Positions 1 to 9,912 of a stretch of 64,000 nucleotides of DNA are shown here, in pieces. The translations under genes and the position numbers were made by a program. Positions within the stretch are counted from its first letter, which is position 1, and each line of letters opens with the position of its first letter. Origin of the DNA: Acidobacteriota bacterium (GTDB lineage Bacteria; Acidobacteriota; Vicinamibacteria; Marinacidobacterales; Marinacidobacteraceae); NCBI GenBank assembly GCA_022822745.1, contig JAJEAO010000008.1, positions 529 to 64,528 of the forward strand, in the 5' to 3' direction. The notes under the pieces were generated by a model that was not told the origin of the DNA, made no database searches, and saw only the letters and a list, made by a program, of their open reading frames with translations.

Positions 1-738
1 CGAGGTGTTGCCGGGGAATATCTCGGAGCCGAAGACGCTGGCGGGAGCGTTGCGGCGGCTGTCGGGTTCGGGCGAGGAAACGGTGGTGATGGATGCCGGG
101 ATCATGACCGAGGCGAACCCGAAGTGGCTGCGAGAGGAGGGTTACGGGTGGATCACGGTGTCGAGGACGGGGCGGCCGGTACCGCCGGAGAGGGCGCCGG
201 ACGTGACGGTGAGGACCCGGGCGAAGCACGAGGTGCGGGCGTGGAAGCTGGAGGAGGAGGACGGAGAGCCGCGGCTGTGCGCCGTGAGCGAGGGGCGCAA
301 GGCGACGGAGAATGGGGTTCTGGCGCGGCGGCGGCAGAAGTTCGAGGCAGAGCTGACACGGCTTCACGAAGGGCCTACGACCGACGAAGTACGCCCCGGT
401 TCTGCAGCGGGTGGGGCGGCTGAAGGAGCGTTACTCGCGGGTGCAGCAGCAGTATGAGATCGAGGTGGAGAAGGGGGCGCGGTCCGAAGGCGAGGGCGCT
501 GCGGGGGGCGGACGCTTCGTTGATCGCGGACCGGCAGGATATTCGGCCGCCGGCGGAGCTTGTGCCGGTGGCGAGGGCGATGGGTGTGAAGGTAGCTCTT
601 CACCGCCGACAGGGAGTGAAGCCACCGCGGCGCGGCCGAGCAAATCCTGTAGCGCCGAATGGCGCTGAGGTCTGTATTGTAACCGTCCTTCAATCAATGA
701 CTTACGAAATCGACCAGTCACCAAGCGACTGACTTGGG
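1..738 (+). pseudogene. IS1634-family transposase remnant (frameshifted, internally deleted), running off the left edge
   Basis: ORF 5..457 has VVMDAGI..ANPKWLREEGYGWITVSR. Similarity continues in other frames (RVGRLKERYSRVQQQYEIEV from ~411; RQDIRPPAEL from ~530). Probable right end near GACTTGGG at ~731-738. Confidence 0.7.
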
Positions 739-820
739 GAAAAAGCCGCGCCCGCGGTCCACGGGGTTGTCGGGTGATTACCGAAATCGTACGCTTCCGT
801 TGACTCTGCCCTCACCGGTG

Positions 821-1234
821 TCACCGCCTTAGTGAGCGGCGGCGGAATACTGAACCTAGCCAGGAGCGAAACCGGCGAAGCCTAGGCTGGTGCGCAATCA
901 TTCGCCTCCGCTCGATACCCTCATACTCCGCATGACGATCTGGATCGATGCGATGCGCCCAGACTACTGTGTTGTTCCTGATCAGGTAGTGGCTGCCGCA
1001 GCCGGAATTAGCCCAGATCGACCCGCCGGTCGGACCATCCAAAGAGACCGATCTGCCGTCGAAAAGCACGTGCCACCGGCTCGGGTGGAGAGACAGAACC
1101 GTCAGATCGCCGCAACCGCATGGACAACGCAAGTTGATGGTCCTGTGTTTATGGCTGATCCAAATCTCACCAGCCTTGATCGTGTCGAACTCGGGCAATA
1201 CCTCAACGAACACGGGGCGGAGCTTCAGCGGCAT
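821..1234 (-). CDS. DUF6527-family protein (Cys/His metal-binding; peptidase of ubiquitin-like operons)
   Basis: CPCGCG, SIW and GCGSHY.I motifs; overlaps the upstream E1 gene by 10 nt. Confidence 0.85.
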   Translation of the reverse strand: MPLKLRPVFVEVLPEFDTIKAGEIWISHKHRTINLRCPCGCGDLTVLSLHPSRWHVLFDGRSVSLDGPTGGSIWANSGCGSHYLIRNNTVVWAHRIDPDRHAEYEGIERRRMIAHQPRLRRFRSWLGSVFRRRSLRR

Positions 1235-2421
1235 CGTTCCTCCACCGGCCTATACGCTATGTGCGGTTTTTCGATTCGGAACTTGTGGAGAAATGAGGTG
1301 GATCTCGATACATACTGATCCGTCCGCCGCCGCCACTCCATTACTGCAAGAGCCGCCGCCAACGCATTCACCTCAGGTAGCTGAATGTTCCGGTAGTGGA
1401 GGGCATTGCCAGCGACCCTGGCGTTCGGTATGGCATTCTTCCATTCGACCGACCCCGCGGGATAGGCGCTGGTCGTCACTGCCCCGCCAACCGAAGTTCC
1501 TTCCAGCGTTATGCTCACACCGGAATCCACGAACGGCACCCCGGCCCCCGAGAGCGCAGCATAGACAACATCCTGCCGCGGCGAATCGCTGTCGCTCTGT
1601 TGATCAATACAAACGAAACAGTAGTCGATGGGATGCTCTGACAAGAACTGGGTGAACTTGGACCGGCTGTCCATTCGGATGGAATGAGCACAAATGCCGT
1701 TCCGGAGAGCGGCGTATTTGGATTGGTAGTAGTTCACTTTGCTAAGAGGTTTCCGGCGCTGAGACTTGATCTCCTCTTCGGTCAGAGCGCCCGGCGCACG
1801 CATGAAGTTGTGCCATTCGAGGTTATCGGCGTCCAACAGATGAATCTTGGACACAGGTGTCTTCGCGAGAATGTCCAAGACATACGCGCCGGTTCCACCT
1901 AGGCCTATGATTGCAATGTGCTGGCCACGAACACGATTTTGCACCGGGCTGATCGCGGCTCGTGCCTCAAAGGTGTTGGGTATATTGAAGGGATTCGCTA
2001 CGGTAGGCGAAGTAGTTGCGTTGTAGTCTGCCGCTGAGGCGGCACCTACGATCTGTTTTGCGTACCGATGAATGACCGCGCACGCCGACTCATCATCCTC
2101 GGGACGTTCTTGGCTACCCTTCTTGATGGATATGTTTGACCATGACTGTCCATCACCGCCGATGCACGCCCCAATGGGGCTCCCATCAGCATGGTACACC
2201 AAGCCGTCGCCCGCTTTGTCAGGTGCAATGCGGACGGCATGTACGGCACCACCTATGCGTTCGGTCGGTCTTCCGGTCCCGGGGTCACGAGACTTTGTTA
2301 TCGTGCAATAACTAACGATACCGTTCAACAGTAGACATGGAACCCCGACCGCCCGAACAACCTCGGGCTCGGCGCTGACGGTAAAGCCAGCCTGTTGAGC
2401 GAACTGTGAGAGGCGGTCCAC
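1225..2421 (-). CDS. ThiF/E1-family adenylyltransferase with N-terminal DUF6791/E2-like region
   Basis: IAIIGLGGTG nucleotide-binding loop, LAKTPV, HNFMRAPG and C-terminal NIQLPEVNALAAALAV. GTG start overlaps the Ubl stop codon. Confidence 0.85.
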   Translation of the reverse strand: MDRLSQFAQQAGFTVSAEPEVVRAVGVPCLLLNGIVSYCTITKSRDPGTGRPTERIGGAVHAVRIAPDKAGDGLVYHADGSPIGACIGGDGQSWSNISIKKGSQERPEDDESACAVIHRYAKQIVGAASAADYNATTSPTVANPFNIPNTFEARAAISPVQNRVRGQHIAIIGLGGTGAYVLDILAKTPVSKIHLLDADNLEWHNFMRAPGALTEEEIKSQRRKPLSKVNYYQSKYAALRNGICAHSIRMDSRSKFTQFLSEHPIDYCFVCIDQQSDSDSPRQDVVYAALSGAGVPFVDSGVSITLEGTSVGGAVTTSAYPAGSVEWKNAIPNARVAGNALHYRNIQLPEVNALAAALAVMEWRRRTDQYVSRSTSFLHKFRIEKPHIAYRPVEERCR

Positions 2422-2669
2422 TAAGAGACATGCTCGGGGTCAACCGAGAAACTGGTCCCGTCCTTGACATTCACGGTGTCCCCCGGCAGGAGGACACCGT
2501 TCTCACCCTTGGCGTCGTCCTCATAGTCTATGCCAGGCGTGCCGATGATGTGCTTGTTTTCCGGTCTGTGGAGTTCGTTCCAGATGTCGACGATCTGCTT
2601 GTACGCGACGCTGCGGCCCGGGACTTTGTGTTGCCGACCGCTCACGAAGATTTCTGTGCCACCAGTCAT
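2421..2669 (-). CDS. Ubiquitin-like (multiubiquitin-domain) protein
   Basis: 82 aa, pattern IFVSGRQHKV..VAYKQIV..LLPGDTVNVKDGTSFSV; first gene of the E1 operon; ends DPEHVS. Confidence 0.8.
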   Translation of the reverse strand: MTGGTEIFVSGRQHKVPGRSVAYKQIVDIWNELHRPENKHIIGTPGIDYEDDAKGENGVLLPGDTVNVKDGTSFSVDPEHVS

Positions 2670-2949
2670 TGGTTTCTGCCTCTAGATTGTAGGAAAGATG
2701 CGGGAAGGCATTTGACTTTCGAGCTTCCCGGGGAGCGAACTAGCGTTGGTCAATTCGAGTTGGGACGGTCGTCGGGTCTGGCAGCTCGGTGCCAGGGCAC
2801 GCGGGGGAGCCTGCCCTGCCCATCATGCTTTCGAGACAACTGTCATCGTGCAACTCCACGTTCAAGGTGTCATGATATCACGGTGTGGCGCGTGAATCAA
2901 GATGATGTACAGGCCCCCGATCCGCGAGCTACACCAGATCGGGCAGGCT

Positions 2950-3480
2950 CGTGAGCAGGGTCTCGGGCAGGCGCATCGCCGGAGAATCGGCGAGCTTCGG
3001 TGGGGATCGGTCGCCCGACAGATCCCGCTTCAGGATCGAGTGGATCTCCTCCCCTTCGCCGCAGCGACCATTCGCCAGCGCCATTGCCCGTTCTCCGCTC
3101 TCCGGCGGCGGACGCTTGCTCCATCCTGCGACGCCTTCTCTTCCTGCGCCTTCTCTTCCGGCCACGGGATGTTCGTGAACAGCAGCCGCACCCGCATCGC
3201 CGGGCGGCCTCCCCGCACGGGCATCACTTTCTTTCCCAGCCCCAGGTCTCCCGGCGCCGCCTGCCGCACCGCCAGATACCGCAGCGTGTCCCTGTGCCGG
3301 CGCACCTCCGACTGCACGAACGGAACCTTCGCCGTCTGCACCTTCCTGGCCCTCGGCTTCTTCCCCGTTCGCGGCGTCCTCTCGCTGACCTCTCCCGGAG
3401 GTCCGTGCCCATTGGTGCACGGGCTCACCGTCGGCAGCCCGGTGCCCGAGTCTTGCCACTCTGAAGTGCGCCGCGACTCT
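2950..3480 (-). pseudogene. Degenerate IS1380-family transposase fragment
   Basis: Two frames give VPFVQ..RYLAVRQ..LLFTNIPW and RCGEGEEIHSILKRDLSG, which resembles the IS1380 RCGxxExxHSxxKxDLxG region. Boundaries approximate. Confidence 0.6.
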
Positions 3481-3520
3481 CCTGACGGCAGCCGCCGGTA
3501 ACATGCGGACCGGTTGAGCG

Positions 3521-4555
3521 ATGAGACGGACACGCGCCCGCGGGCTCACCATCGCGATCGCGTTGGTGGCCGGCACCACCGCCCTCGCGCCCCTTCGCGG
3601 CTCGGCTGAAGTTGCAGTTGCCCGGGCCCAGGAGCGACTCGACCCCGCCGCCTACCGCGACCTGCTTACCGAGGCTCGGGGTGGCCTGTTCATCACCTCG
3701 GGCCGTGTCCTCGCCGGCCTCCCTCCAGCCACCGTCGAACCCGTGGTCGCCGACTTCATCGCCTCCGCACCGGAGGCGCTCGAACTCGCCGCCGCGGCGC
3801 TTCTCCACACCGAGGCTGCGAACCACGCGGCGTCCGATGCCCACCTGGAGCTGGCGCGGACGCTGCTCCGGGCCATGCCCGACCCGGATCAGCGCGCCGA
3901 CTGGACCCGCCGTTGGTGGCTCGCGCTCGGCTACTCCTACCAGGTCCAGCTCCTCCCGGGCCCGGGGGTGGCCGCCTTCGAAGCGGCTCTCGACGACCTC
4001 CCGGACGACCGGGAGTTGCGGATCGCGTTCGCCCGCGCTCTCTGGATGTTCGGTCGTCAGCGCGAAGAGCCCTCCTATCTGACGCGCGCCGGACAGCTCC
4101 TCGCCGGTCTCCTGGAGGAGACGCCCGCCGACGGAGCGCTCCGGGTCCAGTTCGCGGGAGTGCTCCTCGACTCTGGACGGACCGGGGACGCCCTCGCGGA
4201 GCTGGATCGGCTCGAAGACATCCGTCTGTCCGGAACCGGGCGCTTCGCCGCCCTGATGCTCCGGGGCGAAGCGACCCTCTCGACCGGCGACTTCGCGGCC
4301 GCCGAGGCCGCCTTCGCCCAGGCGGTCCGCCGGGCCCGGCGATCTCCCTCGGCCGTCGCCGGACTCATCGCCGCGAGGCGCAGCCTGGGCGACGCCGAAG
4401 GCGCAGCCGAAGCCGCGGCGAGCCTCCTGTCCCGCAGACCGGTCGGCTGGGAGCCGGAATGGCGCTACTGGCTGGGCCCGGCTCTCGACTACGCCGAGAT
4501 GTTCCAGGCGATGAAGGACGAGGTCCGCGCCGCGCCCGAGGGAGGCCGACCATGA
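3521..4555 (+). CDS. Secreted tetratricopeptide-repeat protein
   Basis: Signal peptide; Ala/Leu-rich TPR-like helices; stop overlaps the next ATG. Confidence 0.8.
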   Translation: MRRTRARGLTIAIALVAGTTALAPLRGSAEVAVARAQERLDPAAYRDLLTEARGGLFITSGRVLAGLPPATVEPVVADFIASAPEALELAAAALLHTEAANHAASDAHLELARTLLRAMPDPDQRADWTRRWWLALGYSYQVQLLPGPGVAAFEAALDDLPDDRELRIAFARALWMFGRQREEPSYLTRAGQLLAGLLEETPADGALRVQFAGVLLDSGRTGDALAELDRLEDIRLSGTGRFAALMLRGEATLSTGDFAAAEAAFAQAVRRARRSPSAVAGLIAARRSLGDAEGAAEAAASLLSRRPVGWEPEWRYWLGPALDYAEMFQAMKDEVRAAPEGGRP

Positions 4556-5382
4556 CGCTGGCGATTCCGCTACTCCTGCTCACCGCGTCGCTGTCGGCCC
4601 CCGGCGCGACGGCCGCCACCCTCCAGGCCCATCCCGCAGCCGGGGCGGCGCCCGGAGTCGGAGGCGGAGCCCCCGATCTTCTCCGGCGCCACCGCGACGA
4701 ACTGGTTCGCCCGGAGTGGACCGGGGAGGAGCCCCTGTCCGTCGTCGCCGTGCTCGATCTCAGCGCCAGCGTGTCCGGACCCCGCCTCGCGGCCGCCGCC
4801 GCCGGGCTGCGCACGCTGCTCTCGTCCCTGGACGAGACGAAGGACCGATGCGCGCTGCTCTCCTTCACCCGCTCGGTGGAGCTCCACGCCGGCTGGGACG
4901 GAACCTGCGCCGATGCGGCGGCCGCCGCCTCCGAGCTCCGGGCCGGCGGTCCTGCAGCGCTCAACAACGCCCTCGCCCTGGCGTTCGGACTCCTGGCGGA
5001 CGCTCCCGGGCGTCCGGTGCTCGTCCTGTTCACCGACGGTGGAGACGGCGCGAGCTGGGCCCGCGACACCTGGCCGCTGTTCGCCGCCGGAGCGGCGCCT
5101 CCAACGCTCCTCGCGGTCACCGCCCCTCCGGCGGTGAGCGGGTCCGGTCGGGTCGGCGGAGGCGCCGGACACATCTCGGCGGACGACCTGCTGGAGCGGA
5201 TCGCGCGGAGCGACGATCAGGAACCCGGCCGCGGCCTGCGCAGTCTCAGGAATGTGGATCCCTTCTGGCTGCTGACCTGGCTGGCCGAGATCAGCGGCGG
5301 GCGGCTGGTTCGCACCTCGGGCGACCCCGCCGAGATCGAGACTGCCTTCCCCGCGCTCCTCGAGGCCCTCCAGCCGAATTAG
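4552..5382 (+). CDS. Secreted VWA-domain protein
   Basis: ATG 4552 after GGAGG; signal peptide; MIDAS DLSAS and LVLFTDG. Confidence 0.85.
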   Translation: MTLAIPLLLLTASLSAPGATAATLQAHPAAGAAPGVGGGAPDLLRRHRDELVRPEWTGEEPLSVVAVLDLSASVSGPRLAAAAAGLRTLLSSLDETKDRCALLSFTRSVELHAGWDGTCADAAAAASELRAGGPAALNNALALAFGLLADAPGRPVLVLFTDGGDGASWARDTWPLFAAGAAPPTLLAVTAPPAVSGSGRVGGGAGHISADDLLERIARSDDQEPGRGLRSLRNVDPFWLLTWLAEISGGRLVRTSGDPAEIETAFPALLEALQPN

Positions 5383-5501
5383 GACAGTCGGCATGATTCG
5401 CCGAATCCAGGCGCGGAACTACCGCCGCCTCATGACGATTGACATTGTCCGCCAATGTTGCCGACCACACGTTACGATGCCCAGGCACATTAGGAGATGG
5501 A

Positions 5502-6680
5502 ATGCCCGATGACCCGCTGAGCCGAGCGATTAGAGCCTCCGAAGCTCTGCAACGTCAGATTGAGCCGTTGTCGGCTCAGATCCAGTTGCTACAGTCCAGT
5601 GACTGGATCAACCGCCTCATTCAGGATGCTGACCGCACCCAGACGCTGATGAGCGCCACCTTCGGGCCCCTTGAGGATCTACGTCGCACGCTGCGACTGA
5701 ACCCCACGCTACCGGATGCTGCTGGAGTCCTGAGGGGACTTCGAGGATGGGGTGTGGAGATGGAGAAGCAGTTCTTCCTTCCAACGGTGTCCGACGCACT
5801 GAATCTCTTCAAGAGGCTGGATCTGGGCGAGACCACAGCAGCGGTCTCCTCCTATCTCGACTATGAGGGCCAACTCCGCACCGCCATTGAGGCGATGACC
5901 ACTCCGTGGCTCAACCGCCAGAACCAATACCGATCCCTTGTCGGCCTCCTCGGTCTGCAGCACATCGGCGCTGAGCTGCACTCGAAGCCTGCCTTCGATG
6001 TCGAGGCGGCGGCGCGGCTACGGCACCATCTCGGCGACTGGCGTGCGAAGATTGCCTACCCGTCCGAGATCTTCCAAGATCCACTGATCCGATCGGGCTT
6101 CTACAGGGAGCGCGGCCTCAATCCGGACTTGACCTGTTTTCCGGCTGCCGCCTTCGGCCAAGCCATCCAGAACGCGCGTGTCAGAAGTGTCCCTCCGCCC
6201 CGCGTTCGGGGCTATGGCCCGACCGGGGACGGGCGACGGGAAGAGGAGGAGGGCTTCCAACGTACGAACGCCGCTCATGACTGCCTCCAAAGGTTTGAAT
6301 CCCAGTTCCGCGCCTTCATCGACCGCCTCATGACGAGAGTCGTCGGAAAGGATTGGATCAAGCGTCGCGTCCCTGGCGACATGCGCCGACGATGGAGCGA
6401 ACGGCGGCGGGCAGAGGCTCGCGGTAGAGGTGAAGAGGAGCGCCCACTGATCGCTTACGCGAACTTCACGGACTATGAGAGCATCATCGTTCGGAAGGAC
6501 AATTGGAACGGGGTCTTTGCCCCGCTCTTCCTCCGCAAGTCCTCGGTTCAAGAATCACTCCGGAGGCTCTACCCAGTCCGGAATTGCACGATGCATTGCC
6601 GGATCATTACTCACGACGATGAGCTGTACCTTCACGCCGAAACGACACGTCTGCTGCGCGCGATAGAGGTTAAGACCTGA
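5502..6680 (+). CDS. Swt1-like HEPN-domain protein (putative RNase)
   Basis: ATG 5502 after AGGAG. C-terminal FESQFRAFI..W..YANFTDY..NW..RNCTMH (Rx4H); helical N-terminal half. Confidence 0.8.
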   Translation: MPDDPLSRAIRASEALQRQIEPLSAQIQLLQSSDWINRLIQDADRTQTLMSATFGPLEDLRRTLRLNPTLPDAAGVLRGLRGWGVEMEKQFFLPTVSDALNLFKRLDLGETTAAVSSYLDYEGQLRTAIEAMTTPWLNRQNQYRSLVGLLGLQHIGAELHSKPAFDVEAAARLRHHLGDWRAKIAYPSEIFQDPLIRSGFYRERGLNPDLTCFPAAAFGQAIQNARVRSVPPPRVRGYGPTGDGRREEEEGFQRTNAAHDCLQRFESQFRAFIDRLMTRVVGKDWIKRRVPGDMRRRWSERRRAEARGRGEEERPLIAYANFTDYESIIVRKDNWNGVFAPLFLRKSSVQESLRRLYPVRNCTMHCRIITHDDELYLHAETTRLLRAIEVKT

Positions 6681-6711
6681 GTCGCTTTGCGACCGAGCAA
6701 GAAACGTTGAC

Positions 6712-6853
6712 GCTCAGGGGCGGGGTCCGGCGGCGGGGCGGTCGCCGACCGAATGCCTGGTGTTGGCCGCAGCGTGATCGGGGCAGCGTCGTCGAGGGCC
6801 CGGAGCGTGGGGCTCTCGAGCATGGCGTCAGCGGCAATCGAGTGCGCCTGCAG
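6712..6853 (-). repeat. Diverged copy of the 3' end of the DUF2272 gene (matches 23288..23430)
   Basis: Manual alignment: about 23 mismatches plus a 1-nt gap over 143 nt. Peptide LQAHSIAADAMLESPTLRAL vs LQADPIADDALLESPTLQAL. Confidence 0.9.
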
Positions 6854-7256
6854 GACAGCACAGTGACAGCGTGTGCGGAGCAAATGGTTCGACGGAGGAA
6901 CACAGGAGCAAGACATGGTTGCTAACCATGCACAAGTTCCAACGATCGTAAAGCGCCTCCTGCTCGGCAAGACCGCAATCCGGTGTGCCGAGCGCGATCG
7001 GTGGAACGGTGAGACGTCTATGACAACTGCGCGTCATGCACGGTGTGGCCGCCGTCGTTCGGTCTAGTGCTTGGGGTGTGGCTCACGCCGTAGCACACTG
7101 AGTCCCCTTGGACACTGACAAACCCGCGAGAAGAAATCCCACGGCCCGACACTCATGTGCGCGCCCTAGTGCAGGAGTCCGTATCGGAGAACCCCTTGAT
7201 CGTTACGGGACTCCCAGCAACCGTAGCAGCCGACATGGTCGGGAGCACACTGCTCA

Positions 7257-7475
7257 TCAAGGGGGAGCCTCGGAGTCACCTCCCGAGTGGTGATCGCCAC
7301 TCAGCCGGCCCCATGCTTGTCTCAGAGCAGCCGCACTGCCCACACCACCCACCACCAGAGCCGCTGGCCAACAGTCGATCGCGGCCAACCCGATGACAAC
7401 CACGCCATAGGGCAGTGGAGACAGAAACTTCAACCAGATGCTGAGTTTATGGAGATTGGCCTCTCGTCGTTTCAT
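7257..7475 (-). CDS. Small hypothetical membrane protein (about 2 TM)
   Basis: 72 aa, hydrophobic; starts 6 nt after the upstream stop. Confidence 0.45.
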   Translation of the reverse strand: MKRREANLHKLSIWLKFLSPLPYGVVVIGLAAIDCWPAALVVGGVGSAAALRQAWGRLSGDHHSGGDSEAPP

Positions 7476-7481
7476 GCGCGG

Positions 7482-7790
7482 CTACTCGGACTTCCAGACA
7501 CTCTTGGGAATGATCCGATCCAGGAGACGGTAGAGCGCCTCCGTCTTCGTTGGCGACTGACGACGCTGGAAGGGAAAAGTCAGAGTCTCGACGACCGCGT
7601 CGAAGATCAAGTAGGGGAGGCGGCCGCCCGCATCCATCTCAGGATGCATCTCACTCTCCTCCCCTACGATTCGCATTTGCCAGAACGGAAACTCTCGATC
7701 CATCCGCTTTGGGGTCTCGTCGGAAGGGAGGGGCTGCGATGGCCATACCAGCCGGAACTCAGTTGGACGTGGACTTATTGCCGAATTCAT
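7482..7790 (-). CDS. Hypothetical protein
   Basis: 102 aa, ATG start, 6-nt gaps to both neighbours. Confidence 0.5.
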   Translation of the reverse strand: MNSAISPRPTEFRLVWPSQPLPSDETPKRMDREFPFWQMRIVGEESEMHPEMDAGGRLPYLIFDAVVETLTFPFQRRQSPTKTEALYRLLDRIIPKSVWKSE

Positions 7791-7796
7791 GTGCGT

Positions 7797-8774
7797 CTAG
7801 TGCAGCTGCGGGCCAACCAACACGTGCTTGGCAACAAGCTTCTCCTCCCCTTTCTCGTCCCGAGAAGTGATCTCCACGTCATATCTGACACCGGGTTTCA
7901 GGCCCGCGAAGGAGCAAGTGTTCAAGGGTGTTGCGAATCCAAGGCTCCAATCCTCTTGTCCCTGCTCGCGAATCCGCACGATTGACGTGGCAGTGGGCTT
8001 CCAACGTGCCTCGATGATTCGGCCCCTCTTGTCGGGAAGGGACACTTGAACGGTCTCGCCTGTCCACTCAAGTTTGGGTCCCGTGCCTGGCGGGAAACTC
8101 TCCGGTAGCGAGTGGCCCGTTACGCGCCGATACTTCAAGCCCAATCTGGGAGCCAGAACATCCGCAAGGATACAATCCACCACTTCAAGGGATCGAAACG
8201 GCATCAACACCGTCGCAAAGAAGGCTGTGGACGGATATGCGTACTGACCGTGACTTTCCCGAAGCAATCCTGCTGATTGCCAGTAGTTCAGGTTCTGTCG
8301 AAAGGGACTAGAACCCGTGCCCGGGCCGAAATCAGGGAACTGAGAGCTATCTCCCTCCTGGAATTCGAACTCGTGGGTGCTGACGTTCGTGTATACCGTG
8401 TCCAAGTCCTTGCGTACGTTATCCGGAAGTGCGTCGTAAAGCGCATCCAGACCCGCTCGTTCCCCCTCAGGCGACGTTGGGCGGCTGCCCGGCACGAGGT
8501 CGGCTAGGAGCCGGAACGCATGCTCGTACGCATAACCGAGGTTTGTCGAGGCAATACAGCACGAAGACACAAGCTGGGCAGAGTCGGCTGGAGTCAGTCG
8601 CTGCATTTTTCGAGCCAGTTCGTTTGGCGGGAGGAGTTGGCCGGTGGAATCCGTGCCGGGCGAAATGTGCGTCCGCAGTTCCCGAAATACGGGTTGGTCC
8701 AGCGCGTCGTCCGCAGCGAGGAGGAATGAGCGCACCATGGAGAACCGGCGCAGTTGCAGTGGACTAACGGCCAT
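7797..8774 (-). CDS. Hypothetical protein with C-terminal fibronectin-III-like domain; N-terminus weakly HEPN-like
   Basis: C-terminal W..TPLNTCSFAGLKPGVRYDVEITS fits FN3. N-terminal NLGYAYEHAFRLL..LDALYDALP. Confidence 0.65.
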   Translation of the reverse strand: MAVSPLQLRRFSMVRSFLLAADDALDQPVFRELRTHISPGTDSTGQLLPPNELARKMQRLTPADSAQLVSSCCIASTNLGYAYEHAFRLLADLVPGSRPTSPEGERAGLDALYDALPDNVRKDLDTVYTNVSTHEFEFQEGDSSQFPDFGPGTGSSPFRQNLNYWQSAGLLRESHGQYAYPSTAFFATVLMPFRSLEVVDCILADVLAPRLGLKYRRVTGHSLPESFPPGTGPKLEWTGETVQVSLPDKRGRIIEARWKPTATSIVRIREQGQEDWSLGFATPLNTCSFAGLKPGVRYDVEITSRDEKGEEKLVAKHVLVGPQLH

Positions 8775-9106
8775 GCTCTATCCAGTGTGCCTCCCGGCTG
8801 GTACGTCTCTGGCCTCCCGGTGTACCGTGGTTGGCGCGGTCAACATGTGGTGCGAGAAGGGGTTCATTGCGTGAAAGGAAGCCGATACCGGCATCATAGA
8901 CGACCCTCACCAGGAAGTGCCACCTGATGTCCGGGCCCTATACATTTGGCAATCGGGCATGGGAATAAGGCGGTCCGGGACCGGAGGGTAGAGGAGGAGG
9001 GCTGCCCGGCCGGCTCCAACCCCACGGGACGGGGCATGGGGGCCAATCGGGGGCGACTGCGAGATCGCGGGGCGAGCACGGCGATCGGCACCGGCCCGTC
9101 CAGCGC

Positions 9107-9620
9107 CTGACCATTATAACGGCGGAGCCACCGGGCGAGCTTGCGGTTGAAGTCAGTGAGCCCCCCCTCGTCCGACCACCGCAGGTTCTCGTGGCGACGC
9201 AGGAACTCCTCCTGCACGGCGCGGTTGAAGCGCTCCACACGGGCGTTCATCTTCGGCGACCGGGGGTACGTGGAGTAGCGATGGAGGTCGTGCGCGTTCG
9301 CCGGCTGCCGAAAGAGCCCCTCGAACGCCGAGCCGTTGTCGGAGAGCAGGCACCGGGTCGTTTCCGGGAAGACCTCGACGAAGACGTGGAGGAAGGCCGC
9401 CCACCACTTCGAGATGATCCCGGGGGCGGCCACGGCCACGGCGGGTGCGGACGCGGTGGGGTCGGGCGGAACTGGGCTCCACGCCGGCGGGGCCGCGCTC
9501 ACGATAAGCCTTGCCCCGTCGCTCGAGGGTGCGGCGGCTCTTGCCTGAGTGCTCGACGGTGGTGTCGAGGCCGTGGCTGTCCCGGAACTGGAGCGCGTCC
9601 AGTCAGAGCCGGGCAGTCTT
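9107..9620 (-). pseudogene. IS481-family transposase remnant (HTH fragment joined to rve core, deleted and frameshifted)
   Basis: LSDNGSAF..YPRSPKMNARVERFNRAVQEEF..W..YN. Upstream frame LDALQFRDSHGLDTTVEHSGKSRRTLER. Confidence 0.8.
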
Positions 9621-9850
9621 CGGTCGTGTCGGTCCACCTCGCGGCGATCTTCGCAACGCGGAGCCACCGGGAGGGCAGACGGAGCACCTTCATCGCCCGC
9701 GCTCCGGCGTGATCGCCGCACCGCCAAGCCCAATGAGCCCGTGGCACCCCCCCTACTTTGGTCGCAGATCGGGGCTGTGTCCTCCCTCGTTGCGGCTGCG
9801 CGCGTACCCTACAGACGGCAATGCGGGCAGCATCTCATACGATGGAGTCA

Positions 9851-9906
9851 TAGATTTCACATGTGATATCTACGCGACATTCTGAGCAGAGACCGTGTGA
9901 TAGAAT
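9851..9906 (+). promoter_or_regulatory. 22-bp palindrome (putative operator) plus extended -10 of a probably leaderless transcript
   Basis: TAGATTTCACATGTGATATCTA at 9851-9872 with one mismatched pair; TGATAGAAT ends 6 nt before ATG 9913. Confidence 0.55.
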
Positions 9907-9912
9907 CCACCC

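Noticed and set aside
6873-7396. Short plus-strand ORFs at the island edge
   Set aside because: No recognisable motifs, and one conflicts with the better-organised minus-strand trio.
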